Origin: a virus
Taxonomy: Duplodnaviria > Caudoviricetes
DNA: 50,056 nt
Strand: one strand, 5' to 3'
IMG/VR virus record: IMGVR_UViG_3300005526_000003
Coordinates: 1-50,056 of that record
The notes under the pieces are model-generated. The model was given only the letters and a program-made list of their open reading frames with translations. It made no database searches and was not told the origin of the DNA. The translations under genes and the position numbers were made by a program. Below, one piece after another: positions 8,106-15,627 of this stretch (positions are counted from its first letter, which is position 1; each line of letters begins with the position of its first letter).

Positions 8106-8615
8106 ATGGGGATGACGAAGGATGAAGAGATCGCCCAACTGCGCCAGAAGATCGAGGTGTATGAGGCCGAGCACGCCGCCCTGTACAAAGCGCAGCAAGA
8201 GCAAACGGGCAGCCAATGGCCCCTGGCGTTGAAGGCACAGTGCGATTATTTCGCGGCAGAGTGCGAGCGGCTGACGCGCGAGCGGGACGGGCTGCGCATT
8301 CTCCTCAACAGTCCAGCCGCCGAGCGGCTCCAAGAGATCAAGCGGCTGCGCGCGGCGCTGGAGCGGATCATCGAGGTAGACGACTACAGTACGCACGCAC
8401 CCAACAGCATCAAGCTATTCAAGCAAATTGATGCTATCGCCCGCGAAGCCCTGCGACCCGCTGACGAGCTGGATACGACGCCAGAGCATCTTATGAAGCA
8501 GGGATACAGGTCAGGTCGAGCAGCGGACGAGACGACGGCTGTTCATCGGGTCCAGCCCGACGGTAGATGCTCTTGCGGCTATGACCCCAAGGTCCACTCA
8601 ATCCATGCCATGTGA
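8106..8615 (+). CDS. Coiled-coil hypothetical early protein
   Basis: GGAGG RBS; heptad-like segments. Confidence 0.65.
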   Translation: MGMTKDEEIAQLRQKIEVYEAEHAALYKAQQEQTGSQWPLALKAQCDYFAAECERLTRERDGLRILLNSPAAERLQEIKRLRAALERIIEVDDYSTHAPNSIKLFKQIDAIAREALRPADELDTTPEHLMKQGYRSGRAADETTAVHRVQPDGRCSCGYDPKVHSIHAM

Positions 8616-8824
8616 GAGCGAGTCAGATGCGCGATAGGATAATGGAGAAATTTGGAGCTTTCTGGCGCAAAAGCGGGCATAGATTCGGCTGCCTCGCGGA
8701 CGAGTTCAGAGAGAAGTCGCCGGAGGCCCATGCGAAGTTGCGCAGAAATATCATGTCGGCTGGCTATCGCGCTGGCTATGAAGCCGGAAAGCGAGCCACT
8801 GTGGGCAAGGCAGAAAGTCGATGA
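8612..8824 (+). CDS. Hypothetical protein
   Basis: GTGA/ATGA overlaps with both neighbours. Confidence 0.5.
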   Translation: MRASQMRDRIMEKFGAFWRKSGHRFGCLADEFREKSPEAHAKLRRNIMSAGYRAGYEAGKRATVGKAESR

Positions 8825-9015
8825 ACCGCCGCTCTTTCCTGAAATTCGCCGCCATTCTCACGGCGATCCCGGTTCAAGTGTTCGCTTGGGCGCGCGACCG
8901 CATCTGGTATCCGCGTAACGGACCGCAGTTGACTGAGGCACTGAGGAATGCGAGCGAGGGAGATATGATCGTTCTGGAGGCGGGGAAGACATATGACATG
9001 CACCACAGAATTTAG
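8821..9015 (+). CDS. Small protein with twin-arginine (Tat)-type signal
   Basis: MNRRSFLK, hydrophobic stretch, AWA. Confidence 0.65.
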   Translation: MNRRSFLKFAAILTAIPVQVFAWARDRIWYPRNGPQLTEALRNASEGDMIVLEAGKTYDMHHRI

Positions 9016-9178
9016 AGATGGTGGCTGGCGCATCATGGGCCACGGATTCTATGGGGACAAATGTACGTCTTGTGGACTGCCGACAGAGGATTTTGAATAC
9101 CTTACTAGGGACGTTCGCGTGTTTTGTGATGTGAATCTGACCACTGGTGAGGTGACATTCCCAGTGGACAAGGAATAG
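8993..9178 (+). CDS. Small CxxC hypothetical protein
   Basis: CTSCG; in operon; start uncertain. Confidence 0.45.
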   Translation: MTCTTEFRDGGWRIMGHGFYGDKCTSCGLPTEDFEYLTRDVRVFCDVNLTTGEVTFPVDKE

Positions 9179-9281
9179 AGTCATCGAACAGCGTTGTAGA
9201 GCGAGGTCAGGGAATGAGACTGGTCACCGCCGTTGTCTTCTAAAGACGGGGCATCGAGGCCCGCATATGAAAGACCTTAAA

Positions 9282-9374
9282 ATGATGCATCCGCTCTCGG
9301 TTTGGGCTATGGCCTTGGCGGTCGCCATTGCGCTGACTAGTTTATGTTTGTGGGTCTTGGGCTTGTTGGGCTAG
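9282..9374 (+). CDS. 30-aa transmembrane peptide
   Basis: MMHPLSVWAMALAVAIALTSLCLWVLGLLG*. Confidence 0.4.
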   Translation: MMHPLSVWAMALAVAIALTSLCLWVLGLLG

Positions 9375-9383
9375 GGAGCAAAA

Positions 9384-9644
9384 ATGAAATACCTACTGAT
9401 CTTCTGGACCGTAACTTCTTTGGGGTTTTTGGCTTCGCGCCTGATGTTGCGCAAGTACGATAGGGCTGCACTGCCAGCCGCATGGAGTCCCTCGACTCGA
9501 GGAGAACTCTTCATTCTGGCAGGCGTTATTTTCGTAGTCCTGCCGGGACTGCTGCTGGAAGTCCTCTATGAGACGCTGATGTTGCCCAAGCGCCGGCGAG
9601 AGGAAGAGCGCCGGTGGCAGATGAAATTAGACAAAGGTTGCTAA
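9384..9644 (+). CDS. Two-TM membrane protein
   Basis: GGGAG RBS; two hydrophobic segments. Confidence 0.65.
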   Translation: MKYLLIFWTVTSLGFLASRLMLRKYDRAALPAAWSPSTRGELFILAGVIFVVLPGLLLEVLYETLMLPKRRREEERRWQMKLDKGC

Positions 9645-9657
9645 AGGAGAAAGAAAG

Positions 9658-10161
9658 ATGGACACAATCCTAATCCAAGGTGGAGAGATGCAGCTGGTGA
9701 GCTGGGACCCTGGCTCTACCGGCGGCACCTACACAGTAGAAGGCATCAATATGATCCTAGGCGGGAAGTCCTGGGCATTCGAGCTGGACTCCTCTAGCTC
9801 TACCTGCCTCAGTATCCTCCCCGGTGGCCAGCCAGTGCCGACCGGCCCAGTCTCCCCCAACATCTGCCACGTCTCCGCCATAGATAGTGTCCGACCATAT
9901 GGCACTCCCTGCGATGGCTGCTTCAACATCAGCACCTACTCGAGCGGCCAGTACCAGCGGGACGGGGGCTTCTTCACCGGCACCCTCCTTCGAACCGAGT
10001 CCGTCCCCTACGCCGACCTGCCGAGTCTCCGTCTCGGCGCCACCAGTGTCTCAGAGCCGAGCCTCCTCGCCCTCGCCGCTGTGGCGGTTGTAATCAGCAC
10101 TTGCATGTCTTTGTTGACACGCGGGCGCGGGCGTGCCATGATCGTAGCGCATGTGGAATGA
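9658..10161 (+). CDS. Protein with PEP-CTERM-like C-terminal sorting signal
   Basis: AAGGAG RBS; ends VSEPSLLALAAVAVVISTCMSLLTRGRGR. Confidence 0.65.
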   Translation: MDTILIQGGEMQLVSWDPGSTGGTYTVEGINMILGGKSWAFELDSSSSTCLSILPGGQPVPTGPVSPNICHVSAIDSVRPYGTPCDGCFNISTYSSGQYQRDGGFFTGTLLRTESVPYADLPSLRLGATSVSEPSLLALAAVAVVISTCMSLLTRGRGRAMIVAHVE

Positions 10162-10208
10162 ACGGGGGCGCCACCCGACTAAAGGCCCCCGCAAACTAGG
10201 AGATAGAA

Positions 10209-10850
10209 ATGGCTGAGACAGAAGGCAACGGGGCAACCCCCGCCAAGGCAGAGAAGAAGAGGGAAGTCGAGAAGGTGAAGATGGAGGATGGACGCGAAGT
10301 GGAATTCGTTGGTAAGGCGAAATTCTACAAAGACGTGATCGTTGCAGGGCGGACGATTGATGAGCTGTCCCCAGAAGAGCTGGCCGCTGCGAACACCAGC
10401 GACGTCAGCATCCGACTCGATTTCCGCAACGGCACTACCCGCAACTACCCCCTGAACCCGGCGCTGGGCATTCAGTATGCCGGCCACGGCGGGAAGCAGA
10501 AGTACGGGGACGAGCTGGCTGGCGAGGATGCGCCAGATCTGGATGATTGGGCTGCGAAGACGGATCGTCTCCACGAACGTCTGACCAATGGGGAGTGGAC
10601 CCGGGAGCGGGCTGGTGGTAGCATGGCGGGGACTTCCGTTCTCCTCCAGGCTCTCATGGAATTCACTGGGCGCTCGGCCCAGGAAGTCCGCGACCACATC
10701 AAGGACTGGACGCCCCAGGACAAGCAGCAGCTCAGGATGGACCCTGAGATTAAGCCGATTGTCGAGCGGATCGAGCAGGAGAAAGCTGCGAAGGCCACCA
10801 AGGTCGATACTGGGGCGCTCAAGGCCTCCCTGCGGAGTCTGGCTGCCTGA
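10209..10850 (+). CDS. Early/middle protein, paralog of 3855..4454
   Basis: AGGAG RBS; homologous blocks shared with the 3855 protein. Confidence 0.85.
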   Translation: MAETEGNGATPAKAEKKREVEKVKMEDGREVEFVGKAKFYKDVIVAGRTIDELSPEELAAANTSDVSIRLDFRNGTTRNYPLNPALGIQYAGHGGKQKYGDELAGEDAPDLDDWAAKTDRLHERLTNGEWTRERAGGSMAGTSVLLQALMEFTGRSAQEVRDHIKDWTPQDKQQLRMDPEIKPIVERIEQEKAAKATKVDTGALKASLRSLAA

Positions 10851-11027
10851 TGAATAGCTCCGCCTGCGGCACTGCTGTATCCCGTTATGGCTTCGAGACC
10901 AGCAGTGGGTTTGGATCGGAGGGGGATAGGGTAATGCAGGTATCCCTCCCCACTTTCCCCGCCGCCTAGCCCCGCGGCAAAGAGGCAGCTCCCCTGCTGC
11001 CGAGTCCCCGAATGCGAGTCCGGGGGC

Positions 11028-11059
11028 GGAGAAGGCCACCGAGAGGTGGCCTTTTCTCC
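11028..11059 (+). terminator. Rho-independent terminator
   Basis: ggagaaggccacc-GAGA-ggtggccttttctcc. Confidence 0.8.
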
Positions 11060-11108
11060 TAGTGAGGATGCCGGATTATTCGGTGGTGGAAGCATGTAGA
11101 ATGCTCCA

Positions 11109-11144
11109 TTGACATTTACGCCCGGGTATAACACAATGTGTTAT
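11109..11144 (+). promoter_or_regulatory. Sigma70 promoter overlapped by palindrome copy 2 (11128-11144)
   Basis: TTGACA 11109-11114, 17-bp spacer, CACAAT 11132-11137, which lies inside ATAACA-CAATG-TGTTAT. Confidence 0.75.
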
Positions 11145-11176
11145 TCGATGGTAAAACCAAAACGAGGGGAAGCAGC

Positions 11177-11374
11177 ATGCCAATGAAGGGAATGTGTGCC
11201 GACTGCCGCCATTCAGGCGTCATTCACCAATTTGGGGCCAGTCAATTAGTCTGCCGGGAGAAGCCGCCCGTTATCCTCCCCCTTCCGAGTCCGCAGGGCG
11301 TCCAACTCACCTCCTGCTTCCCCGTCGTCGAGCGCACTTGGGTATGTGGGAAGTACGAGGGGGAGCTGCAGTGA
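11177..11374 (+). CDS. Small Cys-rich (Zn-binding) protein
   Basis: GAGGGG RBS; CADCRH…CREKPP…WVCGKY. Confidence 0.7.
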   Translation: MPMKGMCADCRHSGVIHQFGASQLVCREKPPVILPLPSPQGVQLTSCFPVVERTWVCGKYEGELQ

Positions 11375-11670
11375 GCGCCGATCGCCTCCAGATCATCCTC
11401 AAGCGCGCCCTTCATCGGGCTGCTCTCGCCAGGGAGGCGAAGAAGAAGCTCAAGGGGAAGATCCAGGCGGAGGCGATCGCGGAGGACTATGCGAATCGGC
11501 TCGCTGAGAAGCACCTCTACCGCCAGTTATTGTCCGACGAACGGATGGATGGGCTGCGATTCCGCTGGTTCTTCACCCGGATTCAGAAGGACACTTCGCT
11601 AGATGAGCTGAGACTTTGGATCGATCATAAGATTATAGAGGAAGACTCCCATGCTAAAGCTGCTCGATAG
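11371..11670 (+). CDS. Hypothetical protein
   Basis: GTGA overlap with upstream stop; GGGAG RBS. Confidence 0.6.
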   Translation: MSADRLQIILKRALHRAALAREAKKKLKGKIQAEAIAEDYANRLAEKHLYRQLLSDERMDGLRFRWFFTRIQKDTSLDELRLWIDHKIIEEDSHAKAAR

Positions 11671-11984
11671 GTTGCACCGGACGATAAATCGCTGGCGAAT
11701 ACGCCGCCATCTTGCTTGGCTGAAGAGGAGCCGGTACGTCTCCTCCTCCCCGAGTCACCTCTGCCAGCGGGGCAAGACTGAGTGTGCGGGGAAGGTATGA
11801 GACACCCCTCCCGCGTCGGCCTCTACAAGAGCCGCAAAGACCGACTGCGAAGCACATTACCCAAGCGGGCGGCAGTGCTCAGCTACGGGCACCGCAACTA
11901 TCAGACGAACGGAAACAGCGCCAGCAAGCTGAGAATCTGGCTACGCAAGCACCTGAGTAAAGTGCAATATGCGAGGTACTCATA

Positions 11985-12173
11985 GTGCCGCGCCCGCCTA
12001 ACATCATCCGCCCGATCCCGCTCCAGACCTCCCTCCCGGAGGATCTCCGCGCTCGGCTCGACCTTCACTTATGGTCCAACTCCGAGATGCGGGTGCCACT
12101 CGGGGCGTATCAGAAGCTAATCGTCCAACTACTTTCCGAGTACTTAGACAGAGTTGAGAGGCCCAAAGTATGA
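11985..12173 (+). CDS. Ribbon-helix-helix-like DNA-binding protein
   Basis: IPLQTSLPEDLRARLD…AYQKLIVQLLSEYL (strand-helix-helix pattern). Confidence 0.6.
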   Translation: MPRPPNIIRPIPLQTSLPEDLRARLDLHLWSNSEMRVPLGAYQKLIVQLLSEYLDRVERPKV

Positions 12174-12385
12174 TCCAATCTCCCGAAATCCAGGCCCGCA
12201 TCGCAAACTGGCGAGCGAAGCAGGCCGCCGGCACTATGACGCCAGAGGACTGGCAGCAGGCGATGGCTGACCTGCGGCAAGCCCGCACCGGCGCCCAGGC
12301 CGCACGCGCCAGCAAGGCCACCGTGAAGAAGGTGGTGGACACCCAGGCACTCAAGGATTCCCTCCGCTCGCTCGCGAAGAAATAG
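12170..12385 (+). CDS. 71-aa protein carrying the shared C-terminal tail
   Basis: Ends VDTQALKDSLRSLAKK; ATGA overlap. Confidence 0.75.
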   Translation: MIQSPEIQARIANWRAKQAAGTMTPEDWQQAMADLRQARTGAQAARASKATVKKVVDTQALKDSLRSLAKK

Positions 12386-12393
12386 GAAGAAGA

Positions 12394-12576
12394 ATGGACC
12401 GTTACATCGCCATTTATCAGGTGAATTGCGCAGTGTGCGAGCACACGCCGGTCGTTGGACTGCGTACTCCGTCAGGACAGATCGCCAGCACCGGCCTCTG
12501 CGGTTCCCATTTCTGGGGCGACCGCTCCATGCTCGACCCGGAGGACTGGAATAAGCCCCAAGATCCAACTGAATAG
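12394..12576 (+). CDS. Small Zn-finger-like protein
   Basis: CAVC…LCGSH; AGGA RBS. Confidence 0.65.
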   Translation: MDRYIAIYQVNCAVCEHTPVVGLRTPSGQIASTGLCGSHFWGDRSMLDPEDWNKPQDPTE

Positions 12577-12586
12577 GTAGATTCCC

Positions 12587-13498
12587 ATGAAAGACTCGCA
12601 ACTCTCCTTCCCCGAAGTCATCGACTCTTCGATGCTCGCGGCCTTCAAGGCCTGTCCTCAGTTATTCTTCAAAACCTACATCGCCCAGTGGAAGTCCAAG
12701 ACCGAGAAGGTCGACCTCCACGCGGGCAAGGCATTCGCCCACGCTCTCGAAAAGGCCCGCCGGGGGTTCTTCGAGGATGGGCTGAATGCTGAGGTCGCCG
12801 AAGCTCGTGGCCTCGAGGCCTTCTTCGACGCCTACGGAGATTTCGAATGCCCGCCCGACAACCCCAAGTCTCGGGAGAGGATGGCAGGAGCCTATGGGTT
12901 CTACATGGACCACTACCCCCTCACCATGAACTCAGGCTTCCCCATCCTCCTCCCGGGAGGTAAGCGAGCCATAGAGGTGAGCTTCGCCCAGCCTCTCGCC
13001 ATCGATCACCCGGAGACTGGCCACCCCATTATCGTCTGCGGCCGGGGAGACATGATCTGCCAGTACGCCGGGGCGAACTATGGAGAAGACGACAAGACCA
13101 CCAAATCGCTCGGCCCCACCTGGTCGCAGCAGTGGGACCTCCGCGCCCAGTTCATCTGCTATACCTGGGGGTTCCGGCAGATGGGGTTCGATATCGCCGG
13201 CTTCCTCGTCCGGGGAGTTAGCATTCTCAAGAGGAGCTACGACACCCAGGAAGCCATCTGTAACTTCTCCCCCTGGGAGGTGGACCGCTGGTATGGGGAG
13301 ACTCTCGAGTGGGTGGGGGATATGATCCGGGCCTGGAAGACTAATCGCTGGCGATACAACCTCGACCACTCTTGCACGAATTACGGCGGCTGCGGATTCC
13401 GCACCGTGTGCAAGGCGCAGGATGAGACGCCTTGGCTCGAGCAGTACTTTGAGAGGCGCCGGTGGGACCCAGTTACCCGCTTGGAGACTAAGCTATGA
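12587..13498 (+). CDS. Cas4-like PD-(D/E)XK exonuclease
   Basis: SSMLAAFKACP, GRGD…EDDKTT, C-terminal CTNYGGCGFRTVC (four-Cys Fe-S pattern). Confidence 0.85.
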   Translation: MKDSQLSFPEVIDSSMLAAFKACPQLFFKTYIAQWKSKTEKVDLHAGKAFAHALEKARRGFFEDGLNAEVAEARGLEAFFDAYGDFECPPDNPKSRERMAGAYGFYMDHYPLTMNSGFPILLPGGKRAIEVSFAQPLAIDHPETGHPIIVCGRGDMICQYAGANYGEDDKTTKSLGPTWSQQWDLRAQFICYTWGFRQMGFDIAGFLVRGVSILKRSYDTQEAICNFSPWEVDRWYGETLEWVGDMIRAWKTNRWRYNLDHSCTNYGGCGFRTVCKAQDETPWLEQYFERRRWDPVTRLETKL

Positions 13499-13587
13499 TT
13501 GAAGAAACAATGGCTTACATCTTCGTCGGCGTTGGCCTAGTCATCCTTGGAGGCGCCGTGATAATCTGGCTCTGGAGGCGGATGTGA
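13495..13587 (+). CDS. 30-aa membrane peptide
   Basis: MIEETMAYIFVGVGLVILGGAVIIWLWRRM*; ATGA and GTGA overlaps on both sides. Confidence 0.55.
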   Translation: MIEETMAYIFVGVGLVILGGAVIIWLWRRM

Positions 13588-14306
13588 TTCAACTGCTGGA
13601 GATCGACACCTCCTGCTGGGAGATCGAGCGCCCCACCCACTACCACGGTTGGCGCGTCTACAGCCAGGCCTTCGTCTGCCCAACCTGCCTCCACATCTGG
13701 GCGAAGATTGGGCCTCCTCCCTATCAAGTGATCGGAACCGCCTGCGAGCACCATCCCTCGCACAATTACTACATCTGCCCCATCCCCGGCAGTATCCTCG
13801 ACAACATTACCTTCTCCGACGGGCCGGACTTCGATCTCCTAGATGCCCTCCCCGTCGAGCTGAAGCAGAGAGAATTCGACCTTCACGTGAAAGCATTGGA
13901 GTTAGAGCATGGCGACAATTACCACCTTACCTCCTACGGCCTCCGTCCCGACGGTAGCCTCGGCTCCCTCCCTCCTACCGGGGGTGAACGTCCTCCTCGA
14001 GGGTCCGACCGGCACGGGCAAGACCTACTCGATCGGAACCCTGATCGACGCGGGAGTGGAGGTATTCTATCTCGGATTGGAGAATGGGTTCGAGACTCTG
14101 ATCGGCTACTACACGGATCGGGGGAAGCCAGTCCCGGAGAACCTGCACTGGCACACCCTCCAGATCGCCATGCCGGGGGGCTTCGCAGCGATGGCGGACG
14201 GGGCGCAGATGATAGGGCAGATGAACTACGAGTCCCTCACCAAGATGCAGGACTTCACCCGAGCGCAGAACAACCAGTTCGAGAAGATCCTCCGAGTGAT
14301 GAATGA
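13584..14306 (+). CDS. Zn-binding hypothetical protein (globular part ~13584-13910)
   Basis: CPTC…CEHH…PGSI; the C-terminal half overlaps the ATPase gene out of frame. Confidence 0.5.
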   Translation: MIQLLEIDTSCWEIERPTHYHGWRVYSQAFVCPTCLHIWAKIGPPPYQVIGTACEHHPSHNYYICPIPGSILDNITFSDGPDFDLLDALPVELKQREFDLHVKALELEHGDNYHLTSYGLRPDGSLGSLPPTGGERPPRGSDRHGQDLLDRNPDRRGSGGILSRIGEWVRDSDRLLHGSGEASPGEPALAHPPDRHAGGLRSDGGRGADDRADELRVPHQDAGLHPSAEQPVREDPPSDE

Positions 14307-14811
14307 CTTCTACGACCAGCGCACCGGGAAGAAGTTCGGAGGGGTTGACTCCTGGGGTCCCGACCGAGCCATCGTGATTGATGGTCTGACAGGCCTGGGC
14401 GCCTTCGCAATGGCGATGGTTATAGGTAAGAAACCCACCAAGAGCCGACCTGATTGGGGTATCGCTCAGGACTCGGTAGAGAGGTTCCTGCGCTACACCT
14501 GCGATGGCTGCAAGTGTCATTTCGTCCTGATCGCCCACGTGGAGAGAGAGCAGGACCTCGTGATGGGAGGTACGAAGATCACGGTCTCCTCCCTCGGCCA
14601 GGCCCTTCCTCCCAAGATTCCCCCCATGTTTTCCGATGTTATCCTCTGTATTCGACAGGGAACCAAGTGGACTTGGAGCACAGCCAACAACCTGTGCGAC
14701 CTCAAGACCCGTTCCCTCCCAGTCGCCGACGATATCCCCCAGAATTTCTCCCAGATTGTCGAGAAGTGGAAATCTAGAGGCGGACGCTTCTCGAGCCTCG
14801 TAAAGGTATAA
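13909..14811 (+). CDS. AAA/Sak4-like ATPase (recombination/replication)
   Basis: GPTGTGKT, IVIDGLT, LIAH; lies between the nuclease and the SSB-like gene. Confidence 0.85.
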   Translation: MATITTLPPTASVPTVASAPSLLPGVNVLLEGPTGTGKTYSIGTLIDAGVEVFYLGLENGFETLIGYYTDRGKPVPENLHWHTLQIAMPGGFAAMADGAQMIGQMNYESLTKMQDFTRAQNNQFEKILRVMNDFYDQRTGKKFGGVDSWGPDRAIVIDGLTGLGAFAMAMVIGKKPTKSRPDWGIAQDSVERFLRYTCDGCKCHFVLIAHVEREQDLVMGGTKITVSSLGQALPPKIPPMFSDVILCIRQGTKWTWSTANNLCDLKTRSLPVADDIPQNFSQIVEKWKSRGGRFSSLVKV

Positions 14812-14837
14812 CCCGCCTCTTCCTTAGGAGAATCCAG

Positions 14838-15320
14838 ATGAACGATGTCACTAGTGGCTTTGACCCTGCCAGCTTCCTCGGTGCAACCCTGACCGATGCC
14901 AACACCCGGCGTCCCCCGATCCCGGGCGGCCTGAGCTTCCCCGGCACCCTCGGTGTCCCCACCTCTCGCCAGAGCGAGGGGAAGAAGGAATCGAATCTCG
15001 GGCAGCTCTACACCTGGGTAGATATCCCGGTCGAAATCGACCTGACCTCCAACCCCCAGGTTCGGGAGCAGGTGGGTGCGGATAAGGTGAGCCTACGGTA
15101 TTCCTTCAGCCTCCAGCTGACTCCCTCGGGCGGTCTAGACATGTCGCCGGGGAAGAACAATGGGCTGCGAGTTCTGCGCGAGGCGGTGAACATGAACACC
15201 CCTGGTCAGGCCTTCCAGATCCAGGCCGTCGCCGGTCGCCAAGTCCTCTGCCGCATCGGTAACCGTCCCTATCAGGGGGAGGTGTACGACGAAATCGACT
15301 CGATCGCCCGGCTGGGCTAG
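14838..15320 (+). CDS. Putative ssDNA-binding protein
   Basis: Follows the Sak4-like ATPase; beta-rich, …GKNNGLRVLREA…YQGEVYDEI; AGGAG RBS. Confidence 0.55.
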   Translation: MNDVTSGFDPASFLGATLTDANTRRPPIPGGLSFPGTLGVPTSRQSEGKKESNLGQLYTWVDIPVEIDLTSNPQVREQVGADKVSLRYSFSLQLTPSGGLDMSPGKNNGLRVLREAVNMNTPGQAFQIQAVAGRQVLCRIGNRPYQGEVYDEIDSIARLG

Positions 15321-15329
15321 GAGATCCGA

Positions 15330-15557
15330 ATGGCAACACAAGAATGGCTGAGCCATCAAACCGAACTTCTCGGTTACCTAGCAGGCTGCCGGGAGGACCT
15401 GACCTCTATCTCAGAGGGGGCGGACCTCGACCACATAGCGGAGTCGATCCAAGAACTCCAATCCGCCATCGAGGCCTCCAACGAGGAGAAGATGGGGGAG
15501 GACGAGGACGAGGAAGATGAGGAGGAAGAAGAGGAGGAAGACGACGAAGACGAGTAG
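15330..15557 (+). CDS. Very acidic small protein
   Basis: Ends EDEDEEDEEEEEEEDDEDE; AGGAG RBS. Confidence 0.7.
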   Translation: MATQEWLSHQTELLGYLAGCREDLTSISEGADLDHIAESIQELQSAIEASNEEKMGEDEDEEDEEEEEEEDDEDE

Positions 15558-15572
15558 TTAATCCACCACTCC

Positions 15573-15604
15573 GAAGGGGGGCGCCCGCGGCTCCCCTTCC
15601 TTTC
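15573..15604 (+). terminator. Probable rho-independent terminator
   Basis: gaaggggggc…gctccccttc followed by ctttc. Confidence 0.6.
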
Positions 15605-15627
15605 TGCATTAGATGAGGGGCTTAGAC

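Noticed and set aside
12587-13498. CRISPR-associated cas4
   Set aside because: No array or other cas genes; stand-alone Cas4-like nucleases are normal in phage recombination modules
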